From positions 32,001-96,000 of the forward strand of contig JAZDNF010000001.1 of assembly GCA_043800255.1 (NCBI GenBank): a stretch of DNA of 64,000 nucleotides. The letters run 5' to 3'. Source of the stretch: Candidatus Altiarchaeota archaeon. Lineage in GTDB: Archaea > Altiarchaeota > Altiarchaeia > IMC4 > SCGC-AAA252-I15. Positions within the stretch are counted from its first letter, which is position 1. Every line of letters starts with the position of its first letter. This document shows positions 30,126 to 39,145 of the stretch, piece after piece. The notes under the pieces were generated by a model. It was not told the origin of the DNA. It did no database searches and saw only the letters and a program-made list of their open reading frames with translations. The position numbers and the translations under genes were made by a program.

Positions 30126-31194
30126 GGATGTCATAAAGGTTATAGATGGTCTGGGCGAGGAACTTGAGACCAACATAATGGGCGGCAAAGAGCCTAAGAT
30201 GCAGGTCCCCGTCAGGGGCCTGTCCAACGTCAAATTCGACAAGGCGAACAACATACTCCGCCTCGGCAGCAAGAAATCAACCCGGAATTTTTTGAACGTT
30301 GCCCACGCTAAGAAGTTCATGCAGAGCATGCTCATCGCAGGCAAATGCAAGGATCTTGTTTTGAAGGGCAAGACTGCAAGCATAAGGGAACTCTACTACC
30401 AGCTCAAGCATACGATAGCGGACACGAAGGAGAACACATTCGAGGACCAGTCGGAATCAGACCCGCTTATAGTCGATCTTGAGACGATGCTCGGCGTCCT
30501 GAGGGAGGAACTCCATCTTAAGGCAGACGACAAGGGAACGCTCATAGGGAAAGTAATCATAGAGGATTCTGGAGATGTGATCGACTGCTCCAAACTTGGC
30601 AGGAGCGGCCTCTCGATACCGTCCATCGTCGAACACTACAAGTTCAGGAAGGTTGATGCGAAGTACATACTTGTGATAGAGACCGGTGCCATGTTCGACA
30701 GGCTGGTCGAAGAGCAGTTCCACCTGAAAAACAACTGTGTCATGGTGTCGACAAAAGGACAGGCTGCGAGAGGGTGCAGGAGGCTTGTCAACAGGCTGCA
30801 TTTCGAGAAAAAGCTTCCTGTCATAATGTTCACCGACGGCGACCCGTGGGGCTACTACATATACTCTGTGATCAAGGCAGGCTCCATGGCACTAGCTCAT
30901 GAGTCGGAGCGTTTGGGAACTCCAAGCACCAAATTCGTCGGGATGACGATAACCGACGTTGAAGAGTACGGCCTGGAGAAGGTGACTGAGAAGCTGAAGG
31001 ACGTCGACAAGAAACGAATAAACGAGCTGCTGCAGTATCCCTGGTTCCAGAAGAAGGAGTGGAGAAATGAACTCAACCTTATGGCAGAGAAGGGCATCAG
31101 GATAGAGCAGCAGGCTCTTGCATCGAAGTCCCTGGAGTTCGTTGCCGAAGATTATCTACCCCAAAAGATTAAACAAGGAAAACTATTACCCTAA
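30115..31194 (+). CDS. top6A: DNA topoisomerase VI subunit A
   Basis: RELYY, QSESD, IETGAMF, TDGDPWG, EQQAL. Confidence 0.96.
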   Translation: MKDKDVIKVIDGLGEELETNIMGGKEPKMQVPVRGLSNVKFDKANNILRLGSKKSTRNFLNVAHAKKFMQSMLIAGKCKDLVLKGKTASIRELYYQLKHTIADTKENTFEDQSESDPLIVDLETMLGVLREELHLKADDKGTLIGKVIIEDSGDVIDCSKLGRSGLSIPSIVEHYKFRKVDAKYILVIETGAMFDRLVEEQFHLKNNCVMVSTKGQAARGCRRLVNRLHFEKKLPVIMFTDGDPWGYYIYSVIKAGSMALAHESERLGTPSTKFVGMTITDVEEYGLEKVTEKLKDVDKKRINELLQYPWFQKKEWRNELNLMAEKGIRIEQQALASKSLEFVAEDYLPQKIKQGKLLP

Positions 31195-31195
31195 A

Positions 31196-32155
31196 ATGGA
31201 CGGAAACGGCGGAATGGATAAGAGTCTTTCCGACGCCATAGCGCATTTTGAGGGTGAAGAGCTGTTATCCCTTCTTCTCGAAGTAAACCGCATCCCCCAG
31301 AGCAGCGCGGTGACGTTCCTGAACCAAACTCCGGACACGATTGAGGCGTGGGCTCTCGCGCTTGAAACGCAGGGCTGGATAAAAAAGCGCGATCCTGACG
31401 TAGAAGACCCGATACTCGAAATCTCGGCGTCTGGGATGAAAAAAATAGAAGCGCTGCAGAAGAATCTCATAAAGTTCGATGAAGTTGAAGAAAAAGATGA
31501 TAGGAAAAAGTCAGGGGTTAGCCTGAAAAAACTCTTTGGCAAACTGTTCTTAATGGACCGTGTTCTACTCCTGGACATCCTCATCCTCATATCAATGTTT
31601 GCCTCGTTCTATCTCATCTGGAGGTTCTTCGAAGACCCCAACCGTGAGACAGTCAGTTTCCTGGTTTCGATGATACTCTTCTCGCTGATTGTCTTAACCT
31701 ACAAAAGCTATGAAGAGCTTTCGAAGGCGAAGAAAATCAGGGGTTTTTTTGTGGTTGTCTACTCCACCATAGCAGAAATCCTAAAAAGAAGAAAACAGCA
31801 CATACTAGGTTCGATGCTATTGCTTATAACAATGTACTATACTGGTTTATACCTGAACCATAGGATTACGTTATACTTTGGTATGGGAGTGCTATCCCTC
31901 TCCACTTACATACTGCTCTACCAGCCGCGAAGTGGATTAAGGAAGAATGTTATGTTCTATGTGGGCATGCTGATACTCTGCAGTTCATTGCTTTTGATAG
32001 CTGGTGTCGAGAGAATAGTTTTCCCGATATCAAATAAGACTTACAGGATAATTGACATACTCATCGGTCTGCTCGGACTTGCTGTAGTGAAGTTTAACGA
32101 GAAATATTTTGGAGTGAATATTGAACGGTTCAGGGAGTTCTCGTCTGAAGAATAG
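31196..32155 (+). CDS. Hypothetical polytopic membrane protein with possible N-terminal winged-helix domain
   Basis: Soluble N-terminus (PDTIEAWALALETQGWIKK...ISASG) followed by about 6 hydrophobic segments. Confidence 0.6.
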   Translation: MDGNGGMDKSLSDAIAHFEGEELLSLLLEVNRIPQSSAVTFLNQTPDTIEAWALALETQGWIKKRDPDVEDPILEISASGMKKIEALQKNLIKFDEVEEKDDRKKSGVSLKKLFGKLFLMDRVLLLDILILISMFASFYLIWRFFEDPNRETVSFLVSMILFSLIVLTYKSYEELSKAKKIRGFFVVVYSTIAEILKRRKQHILGSMLLLITMYYTGLYLNHRITLYFGMGVLSLSTYILLYQPRSGLRKNVMFYVGMLILCSSLLLIAGVERIVFPISNKTYRIIDILIGLLGLAVVKFNEKYFGVNIERFREFSSEE

Positions 32156-32777
32156 ATGTTATCTCGTCCAAAATACATTCTGCAACATTTTTCAAATCGG
32201 ATTTCCGAACGTGCTTAACTCCTCTCTCCCCTACGATGTAAACCTCTCTTGATTCTGACCCGAATCTGTCCTTTCCAATGTCGTTTGCCACCACCAAATC
32301 CAGGCTTTCAGCCTTTTTCTTCTCTACTGCCCTTTTTATCAGGTCATCATTCTCCACTCCGTATTCAGCCTTGAAAGCTGCAACGAACAAACTTGGGAAG
32401 CTCTTCTTCGCGACTTTTGTCAGTTTTTCCATAGGTGTCAGGATAAGCGTAACACTGTCTCTTGATGAGACCTTACCCCTCAGCCTCTTCTGAGGCTTGA
32501 AATCAGCTATCGCTGCAGCTGATATAAGGACATCATAACCCCGCTTGAGCTCGTCCAAGGTTGCGTTGACCATCTCCTCGGCTGTCCTGACATTCAAAGC
32601 TTTTACGTTGGCAGGGGCCCTGAGGCTTATGGGGCCGCAGACCAGCGTTACCTCATGGCCTCTCCTCTTGGCTTCCTCTGCCAGCGCGATGCCTGTTCTG
32701 CCTGAGCTGGAATTTGTTATATACCTGACGTCGTCTATCGGCTCCTGCGTCGGACCGCAGGTTATGAGAACTCTCAT
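32130..32777 (-). CDS. coaB: Stand-alone phosphopantothenate-cysteine ligase (CoaB domain only)
   Basis: ITCGPTQEPIDDVRYITNSSSG, AAAIADF, AFKAE, VVAND; no CoaC flavoprotein domain. Confidence 0.87.
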   Translation of the reverse strand: MRVLITCGPTQEPIDDVRYITNSSSGRTGIALAEEAKRRGHEVTLVCGPISLRAPANVKALNVRTAEEMVNATLDELKRGYDVLISAAAIADFKPQKRLRGKVSSRDSVTLILTPMEKLTKVAKKSFPSLFVAAFKAEYGVENDDLIKRAVEKKKAESLDLVVANDIGKDRFGSESREVYIVGERGVKHVRKSDLKNVAECILDEITSILQTRTP

Positions 32778-33649
32778 CTTTTTGTTTTCAGAATTGCCTT
32801 AGCAATGGCGTAGGCTTCCCCCAGGTTGATGACTTTATCATTACTTTTGAACAGGTCCTCAACTATCCTATACTGCACTTTCATCTTGAGGCCTCCAATG
32901 GTCAGGGCGCCAAATCTTATCCTACCGTCAACCTTGCCGTTGTCTGTGGGTCTGACTCCTTCGATGCCGTAGGGCGGCACTGCGTTGCAGTCCGCTATGA
33001 CCTTCACGTTGTCGTACTTCAGCCACGACCTTTCCTGGACAAGCTGCACGCCTTCGGAGCCTGTTGCAAGCACTATCTCAGCCGTTGACAGGACTTTTTC
33101 GATCTCTGACTGCGAGGCAGCCACTGCAGGCTCCGCCTTACAGTCGTACATGTCCCTGATTCGTCTGCATGTTGCCTTCGCGCTCTCAATCTTCCTGGAT
33201 GTCAGCGTAACCTCCGCCCCCTCGTTCGCAAGGAGCGCTGCCGACCTCTCGCCAACAGGTCCTGTTCCTGCGACTACCGCAGCCTTTGAGCCTGAGACGT
33301 CAAAGGCATCCGCTATTTTTGCAACACATGCCGAAGAGGTTGTGTTAGCGCCTTCAGGGTCTACTCCTATTGAGATCCTGAACTGGGCTGGAAGCTGACC
33401 AATAACCTCGAGAGACTTCCGGAGAAGCGCTTCCGACAGTCTGCTGTTCTTCCCTCCTATGAAAACTGCAGTGTTCTTCAGGTCTTCCTTCCGTCTTGTG
33501 AAGACACAGCCATGTATGATGTCCTCCACATGGTTCTCATCTACGCTGCCGTAGGGCATGACAATATCCGCACCTGAGTCGTGGGCTACAACAATGTCGA
33601 ACATGCTTGGCACCGTATCAGGCGTCACATAGGCCAAAATCTTTTTCAT
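32774..33649 (-). CDS. mtd: NAD(P)-dependent methylene-H4MPT/H4F dehydrogenase (MtdA/MtdB/MtdC family)
   Basis: PSMFDIVVAHDSGAD, FTR, TAVFIGG, DPEGANTT, AGTGPVG, DCNAVPPYGIEG, GALTIGGLKM. Confidence 0.9.
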   Translation of the reverse strand: MKKILAYVTPDTVPSMFDIVVAHDSGADIVMPYGSVDENHVEDIIHGCVFTRRKEDLKNTAVFIGGKNSRLSEALLRKSLEVIGQLPAQFRISIGVDPEGANTTSSACVAKIADAFDVSGSKAAVVAGTGPVGERSAALLANEGAEVTLTSRKIESAKATCRRIRDMYDCKAEPAVAASQSEIEKVLSTAEIVLATGSEGVQLVQERSWLKYDNVKVIADCNAVPPYGIEGVRPTDNGKVDGRIRFGALTIGGLKMKVQYRIVEDLFKSNDKVINLGEAYAIAKAILKTKR

Positions 33650-33714
33650 CTTTTAAGGTTGAGGGTAAAAAATAAACTTTTATAGATAAAAAACTGTATC
33701 TTAGTCATTTTAGC

Positions 33715-35601
33715 ATGGAAAACAAGCTGATACCGCCCTGCAGCGCCTCCTGTCCCCTGGGACAGGACGTCAGAGGGTATGTGAACCTGGTAGCTGAAGG
33801 GAGGTTTGAGGAGTCTCTCAGTCTGATACTTGCGACGAATCCAATGCCTTCGGTATGCGGCAGGATATGCGTTCGCGACTGCGAGAGCAACTGCAGGAGG
33901 TCAGCGGTTGACCGGCCTGTAGCAATACGCGCCCTCAAGCGTTTCATCGCGGACAGAGCCGGATATGAGCAGCCGAAGCAGATTAAGAGATTCAAGGAGA
34001 AGGTTGCTGTTGTCGGCGCAGGCCCTGCAGGTTTGGCGGCAGCGCTCTCTCTTGGGGAGTTGGGTTACTCTCCAACGGTCTTTGAAAGAAGGCTGAAGCC
34101 TGGCGGCCTGCTCGCGTCTGTAATACCGTCTTACCGGCTTCCCAAAACCGCGTTGGTGCGCGATTTAGAGAGGGTCACTGGCGGCGTGAGAATAAGGCTC
34201 AAATCCGAACCCGACCTTCGCAATCTGCTTGAGGCGTACGATGCCGTTATCGTGGCCATTGGCGCTCCTCAGAGCAGAAAGTTCAACGTTCCCGGCGAGA
34301 ACCTTGATGGCGTGGTATCTGGCATGGAATTCCTTGAGAAGGTGAAGGCAGGCAAGAAAGTCCGGACAGGCAATGTTGTTGCCGTCGTCGGCGGCGGCAA
34401 CACCGCGTTCGACGCTGCGAGAACCGCCCTGAGAATCGGCTCAAAAAAAGTCTATCTGTTGTACCGGAGGTCAGCTGATGAGATTCCCGCAAATCCTGAA
34501 GAGATTGGGGAGGCGGTGGAGGAGGGGATAATCGTAAAATATCTGGTCTCTCCGAAGTCCATTGTCGGGAGAAACGGGAAGGTGGCTGGCATAATATGCG
34601 TTAGGAACAGGCTGTCAGCGAAGGATTCCAGCGGGCGCAGGAAGCCTGTTCCGATAAGAGGTTCGGAATTCCGCATAAAGGCGGACTGCGTCATAACCGC
34701 TCTGGGCCAGACATCGGAACCGGATAAGATAACTGCAGATAACGTTTTCTACTGTGGCGATGCAGAATCCGGCACATCGGATTTCACAAGAGCCATGGCA
34801 TCAGGCAGGCAGGCGACGCTGGATGCTCATAAGTTCCTAACTGGCAAGACGGAGGGTAGCCTAGTAAACACTGAAGCTCTTGGAGTGATACCTGCAGGCA
34901 CTCTTGAGATAATAGGAAAGCTCCCACGGCAAGAACATAAGAAGCTCGCTCCCAAGAGTAGGAGAAACTTCAGGGAGGTGAACATGTGCTTTGACAATGT
35001 CTCCGCAGTGAAAGAGGCGTTGAGGTGCATGAACTGCGGCGCAGGCGCCGTAGTCAACCCTGACTTATGTGTCGCATGTCTCGCATGCGTTAAAGCATGT
35101 CCCTACGAAGTGCCTGAGATAGTCGACGGCGTAGCATTCATAAGTCCGGACAAATGCCAGTCATGCGGCATCTGCGCCCCGGAATGCCCTGCGAACGCCA
35201 TAAATATGGGGAACAGTTACTCGTATGAGGGAATCAGAGATAAGATAGCTGCCGGCAAGAGGGGCTGCGTCCTGGGATTCGTCTGCAGGTTCGACCGCTT
35301 CTGGAACAGAAAAGGGAAGGGAATCCTAGCACCCAAAAATGCCCGCATCGTCGAGGTTCCCTGCAATGGCGTCATCCACGAGCAGCATTTTTTGGATGCT
35401 ATCGAGGCAGGCTATTCTGGCGTGTTCCTCATAAATTGTAAGGACGAGGACTGCAGACACTACGTCGGCTGCAAGAAGTCCGTCGAGCGCCTGGACGAGG
35501 TTAAACGAGTTTTAAACTCCTCCCATCTAAGAGATTACCCTCTAAACGTCTTGGAGAATTATGGCAAGATTAGGAAGTTCGCCGGCTCCTGCGAAAGATG
35601 A
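33715..35601 (+). CDS. GltD/NfnB(SudA)-like FAD/NADPH oxidoreductase fused to a 2[4Fe-4S] ferredoxin and an MvhD-like domain
   Basis: PCxxxCP, CGRICxxxCExxC, GAGPAG, IPSYRLP, GGGNTA, YRR, RCMNC; CVACLACVKACP, CQSCGICAPECP; C-terminal GFVC...VPCNG...C..EDCRH (MvhD pattern). Confidence 0.85.
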   Translation: MENKLIPPCSASCPLGQDVRGYVNLVAEGRFEESLSLILATNPMPSVCGRICVRDCESNCRRSAVDRPVAIRALKRFIADRAGYEQPKQIKRFKEKVAVVGAGPAGLAAALSLGELGYSPTVFERRLKPGGLLASVIPSYRLPKTALVRDLERVTGGVRIRLKSEPDLRNLLEAYDAVIVAIGAPQSRKFNVPGENLDGVVSGMEFLEKVKAGKKVRTGNVVAVVGGGNTAFDAARTALRIGSKKVYLLYRRSADEIPANPEEIGEAVEEGIIVKYLVSPKSIVGRNGKVAGIICVRNRLSAKDSSGRRKPVPIRGSEFRIKADCVITALGQTSEPDKITADNVFYCGDAESGTSDFTRAMASGRQATLDAHKFLTGKTEGSLVNTEALGVIPAGTLEIIGKLPRQEHKKLAPKSRRNFREVNMCFDNVSAVKEALRCMNCGAGAVVNPDLCVACLACVKACPYEVPEIVDGVAFISPDKCQSCGICAPECPANAINMGNSYSYEGIRDKIAAGKRGCVLGFVCRFDRFWNRKGKGILAPKNARIVEVPCNGVIHEQHFLDAIEAGYSGVFLINCKDEDCRHYVGCKKSVERLDEVKRVLNSSHLRDYPLNVLENYGKIRKFAGSCER

Positions 35602-36206
35602 TACTCACAAAAAAGAAAGACCTGGATGAGATAATAGGGAACCTGGGGAGTGCGAAGAAGATTCTTGTGCTGGGCTGCGGGACATGCGTCACGGTGCACA
35701 AGACCGGCGGGTCGAAGGAGGCCAGAAAGCTCGCATCAGCCATCAAACTGGCGTTCAAGGGCAAGAGGAAGGTTGACGCCTACTCTGACGTCGTTCTCAG
35801 GCAGTGCGAGCCTGACATGGTAGCAGAGCTTTCGGAGGAGATAGACGAATATGATGCGATAGTGTCCCTCGCCTGCGGAGCCGGAGCCCAGCTTGTTGCT
35901 GAAGTCTATCAGACTAAACGGCTTGTCCCAGGCCTTGACACCCAATATATCGGAGTCGTGAAGCCTGAGGGCGAGCGCGAGTACTGCAGGGGATGCGGGC
36001 GTTGCATAATAGGCGAGACTGTTGGCATATGCCCTATAACCGGGTGCGCGAAGTCCATGCTCAATGGCCCCTGCGGGGGAGTCAATGATGGCATGTGCGA
36101 GGTCGAGGGTAGGGGAAAGTGCGTGTGGGTTATGATATTCAACAAGATGAAGGAGATGGGCATGCTGGACGATTTCATGAAAGTTAGGACTAGGAGGGGG
36201 AGATGA
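35598..36206 (+). CDS. metV: Methylene-THF reductase small Fe-S/Zn subunit MetV
   Basis: GCGTC, RQCE, ACGAGAQ, CRGCGRC, GICPITGCAKSMLNGPCGG, CVW. Confidence 0.88.
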   Translation: MILTKKKDLDEIIGNLGSAKKILVLGCGTCVTVHKTGGSKEARKLASAIKLAFKGKRKVDAYSDVVLRQCEPDMVAELSEEIDEYDAIVSLACGAGAQLVAEVYQTKRLVPGLDTQYIGVVKPEGEREYCRGCGRCIIGETVGICPITGCAKSMLNGPCGGVNDGMCEVEGRGKCVWVMIFNKMKEMGMLDDFMKVRTRRGR

Positions 36207-37093
36207 GCAAGCTTTCCGAGAATTTCGGCAGACGTTTTGTGGTGACCGGTGAGATAGCCCCACCTAGGGGACACGACCTCACCTCATTCAACCATGAGGT
36301 CGAATTCTTCAAGCCGCTGATGAAAAAACTGTATGCTGTGAACGTTGTCGACATACCCGGGTCTCTGCTGCTCATGAGCTCGCTTGGGGCGAGCATACTA
36401 TTGCAGCAGAACAGGCTGGAGCCTGTCTTCCAGATGGTGTGCAGGGACAGGAACGTCCTAGCCTTGGAGGCTGACCTGATCTCTGCGGCTGCGTTTGGCA
36501 TAGAGAACGTTCTAGCGCTCACCGGAGACCATCCTAAGGTTAAGAGCAGCGACCACAAGGACGCGAGGCCTGTGTTCGACCTGGATTCTTCCAGGCTGAT
36601 CAAGGTCGTGAAGGGCATGAACGATGGGGTTGACATCAACGGGAGGAAGCTTAACATGAAGACAAGCTTTTTCTTGGGAGCTGCGCTCGCTCCGGGAGTG
36701 AATCCCCTAGAGCCTGAAATATACAAGACACGGAGGAAGCTTTTTGCAGGCGCCGATTTCTTCCAGACGCAGGCGGTGTTCGAGCCTGAGCTGATGGAGT
36801 CGTTCTTCAGGGGATATGAGAAGGTTTTCAAGGAGGACGTCAGGAAGAAGGTTCTGATGAGCGTCGTCCCATTGTACTCGTATGACATGGTACGGTTCCT
36901 CAAGACCATGCCAGGCATCGTGATATCAGACAAGACTGGAAAGCGCATAAAGCAGGCGAAAGACCCCCTAAAGGCAGGCGTTGACATAGCGGTTGAGGTT
37001 GTTGAAAAAGCCAGGGACATGAACGTTGCCGGTGTGCATGTGATGCCTGCAGGAAAGACGGAGGCTCTTGTTGAAATCCTGAACAGGATATGA
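36203..37093 (+). CDS. metF: Methylene-tetrahydrofolate(-pterin) reductase MetF
   Basis: TGEIAPP, QMVCRDRN, LALTGD, PVFDLDS, GADFFQTQ, GVHVM. Confidence 0.92.
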   Translation: MSKLSENFGRRFVVTGEIAPPRGHDLTSFNHEVEFFKPLMKKLYAVNVVDIPGSLLLMSSLGASILLQQNRLEPVFQMVCRDRNVLALEADLISAAAFGIENVLALTGDHPKVKSSDHKDARPVFDLDSSRLIKVVKGMNDGVDINGRKLNMKTSFFLGAALAPGVNPLEPEIYKTRRKLFAGADFFQTQAVFEPELMESFFRGYEKVFKEDVRKKVLMSVVPLYSYDMVRFLKTMPGIVISDKTGKRIKQAKDPLKAGVDIAVEVVEKARDMNVAGVHVMPAGKTEALVEILNRI

Positions 37094-37126
37094 GGTCTTT
37101 TTAACCAATAATAAAAAATAGTGTAT

Positions 37127-37495
37127 ATGAACTCCAACAAGATCACGGCAGTCTTCCTGGTCGTTGTTATCCTGGTCCTAACCTACTTTTTCGCTTTTAG
37201 TAACTGGGAGAAGCCTGCCCCATTAGGGACCGTGTACAATCCGCCATCAACTTTGGAGGAAACCACAACGCTTTCATCCGAGCCTGAGACGTCTGGGGGG
37301 GCTGATACATTGACTTCGATTCCAACTAAGATAGAGAGCTGCCTTGACTATTGTCTCGTGGGCGAGTTCAGTCATGGGATGTGCACGAGAACAAAGTCGG
37401 AGTGCAATGGTAGGGGCGGCGTGATCAAGATACCTGCTTCTAGGTACTGCGACAATCCTAACGTCAACAACTGCTGTTGCTTCGGGAAGAAATAA
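37127..37495 (+). CDS. Membrane-anchored/secreted protein with Ser/Thr linker and 8-Cys C-terminal domain
   Basis: N-terminal hydrophobic helix; C-x3-C-x9-C-x6-C-x14-C-x7-CCC. Confidence 0.7.
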   Translation: MNSNKITAVFLVVVILVLTYFFAFSNWEKPAPLGTVYNPPSTLEETTTLSSEPETSGGADTLTSIPTKIESCLDYCLVGEFSHGMCTRTKSECNGRGGVIKIPASRYCDNPNVNNCCCFGKK

Positions 37496-37513
37496 AAAAC
37501 TTGAGGTGATGTT

Positions 37514-37771
37514 ATGGCCGAAGAGGAGATAGGTGAGGTGTTCTCCTATTTTTCGAAGGTTGGGGTTGCTGCTGTGAAGCTCACGGGCGGAGAGCTTAAC
37601 GTCGGCGATACGGTCAGGATAAAAGGCGCGAAAACCGACTTTACGATGCATGTTGAATCCATGCAGGTTGACAGGGATCCGGTTGAGACCGCATCTGCTG
37701 GGCAGTCAATCGGGATAAAGGTCCCGGAAAAAGTCAGGGGTAGCGATATCGTCTACAAGGTAGTCGATTAG
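37514..37771 (+). CDS. Small EF-Tu-domain-2-like beta-barrel protein (resembles the U32 peptidase C-terminal domain)
   Basis: IGEVFSYFSKVGVAAVKL, LNVGDTVRIKG, VESMQ, GQSIGIKV; GAGGTGA RBS upstream. Confidence 0.75.
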   Translation: MAEEEIGEVFSYFSKVGVAAVKLTGGELNVGDTVRIKGAKTDFTMHVESMQVDRDPVETASAGQSIGIKVPEKVRGSDIVYKVVD

Positions 37772-37774
37772 CGG

Positions 37775-37921
37775 TTATTTCTTTTTTGGCGTTTTCGGCG
37801 TGAAGTAACCGCATGTGTGGCAGCCCCACTTTTCCTTAAGCGGGTGGTCTACAACAATCCCCTTGCCTAACTCGATATGGGTGCAATCGTCGTCATCCAC
37901 GTTGGCGCATTTCTTTTTCAT
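37775..37921 (-). CDS. 48-aa zinc-ribbon protein, possibly a divergent ribosomal protein eS31 (S27ae)
   Basis: Not in ORF track; MKKKCANVDDDDCTHIELGKGIVVDHPLKEKWGCHTCGYFTPKTPKKK; AT-rich upstream region. Confidence 0.55.
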   Translation of the reverse strand: MKKKCANVDDDDCTHIELGKGIVVDHPLKEKWGCHTCGYFTPKTPKKK

Positions 37922-37967
37922 GTATTAAATATTTGCATTACAACTTAAAAGCATTAAACAATGTTTA

Positions 37968-38702
37968 CTAATCTTTTATCCTCCACTCGTTGGAGTAGAC
38001 ATTGAACTTGGAATTGCGGGCGAATCCTGCAAGCGTCACACCCAACTTATCGCCCAAAATCAGCGCCCTGGAGAGCGGGGCGGTGTTCGAAACAACGAGG
38101 GGGATTCCAACCCTAACTGCCTTTGTGACTATCCCGGAAGATAGCCTGCCTGTGAAGAGCAGGAACTTGTCGCCAAGCGCTACGCTCTCCTGGAGAGCCC
38201 ATCCGACGACCTTGTCCAAGGCGTTGTGCCGTCCGACATCCTCAAAAAAAGAGAGACGCTTACCCTCTGCGGACATGAGGAAGGCGGCGTGCGTCCCGCC
38301 TGTCGCAGACCACTCCAACTCCCTGTCAGAAAAATTGTCAAGCGACTTCAATATGACCTTTCTGCTGAACCTTCCATCCCTGTCAAGAGGCTCAGGCTCG
38401 CGCTGCATGATGCCAGAGCATCCTGAGCTTCTCAGCTCTGTGAGAAGCTCAAGCCGGTCCTTACCGCTTACTTCAACTTTCACGGCGCTGCCATCAACCT
38501 TAACGTCCCTGATGTCCTCGTAATCGCAAACTCCTTCGGAGACGAGGAAGCCGACCGCCAGCTTGTCCAAGTGGCGGGGCAGAGCGAAGATGGAAATGAA
38601 CTTCAGACCGTTCACATACACTGTGACAAGCTCCTCGTCGGAGACCGCATCATCCCTCAACTCCTCCCTGTCGGAGTAGAAGACCCTTACCCTTCTGTTC
38701 AT
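37968..38702 (-). CDS. fdhD: Formate dehydrogenase accessory sulfurtransferase FdhD
   Basis: AVGFLVSEG, SSGC, TGGTHAA, EDVGRHNALDK, TGRLS. Confidence 0.93.
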   Translation of the reverse strand: MNRRVRVFYSDREELRDDAVSDEELVTVYVNGLKFISIFALPRHLDKLAVGFLVSEGVCDYEDIRDVKVDGSAVKVEVSGKDRLELLTELRSSGCSGIMQREPEPLDRDGRFSRKVILKSLDNFSDRELEWSATGGTHAAFLMSAEGKRLSFFEDVGRHNALDKVVGWALQESVALGDKFLLFTGRLSSGIVTKAVRVGIPLVVSNTAPLSRALILGDKLGVTLAGFARNSKFNVYSNEWRIKD

Positions 38703-39145
38703 GCCTTTTCCCTAGTCTGAGAATAGCCCCGTATTATCTCCTCAACGTCAGGCACTTCCTCTTTTGTCGGTTCGACTGTGATGGTCATGCCCTTGAAGTT
38801 CGGCGACCCTGTCTGCAGCGTTTCCGCCTCCACGATTGAGTTGATCCAGGGGCCTTTGGGGACGAATACAATGCCTCTGGGAGTCTCGCCAGCCTTAGCG
38901 TACAATGTAATGCTGGACACCCCTGAGGTGAGCTTTACCCTGCCGTCGTCTTGGACGTTCAAGGTTGCCATGTCCTCAGGATTCATGTAGCACGTTCCAG
39001 CAGCCGTCCTGTAGTCGTCCTTGTGCGTCATCTTCCTGCCGCTGCGCATTATCACACCCTGCTTGGAATCTGAGCCGGTGTCCAATATGACCTTCAGCTT
39101 CACCCTGAGGTAATCTCTCACGCTTTTGAAACCTTCCGGTATCAT
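38699..39145 (-). CDS. fwdD: Formylmethanofuran dehydrogenase subunit D
   Basis: MNPEDM, VFVPKGPWIN, GSPNFKG; start could be an internal GTG. Confidence 0.88.
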   Translation of the reverse strand: MIPEGFKSVRDYLRVKLKVILDTGSDSKQGVIMRSGRKMTHKDDYRTAAGTCYMNPEDMATLNVQDDGRVKLTSGVSSITLYAKAGETPRGIVFVPKGPWINSIVEAETLQTGSPNFKGMTITVEPTKEEVPDVEEIIRGYSQTREKA

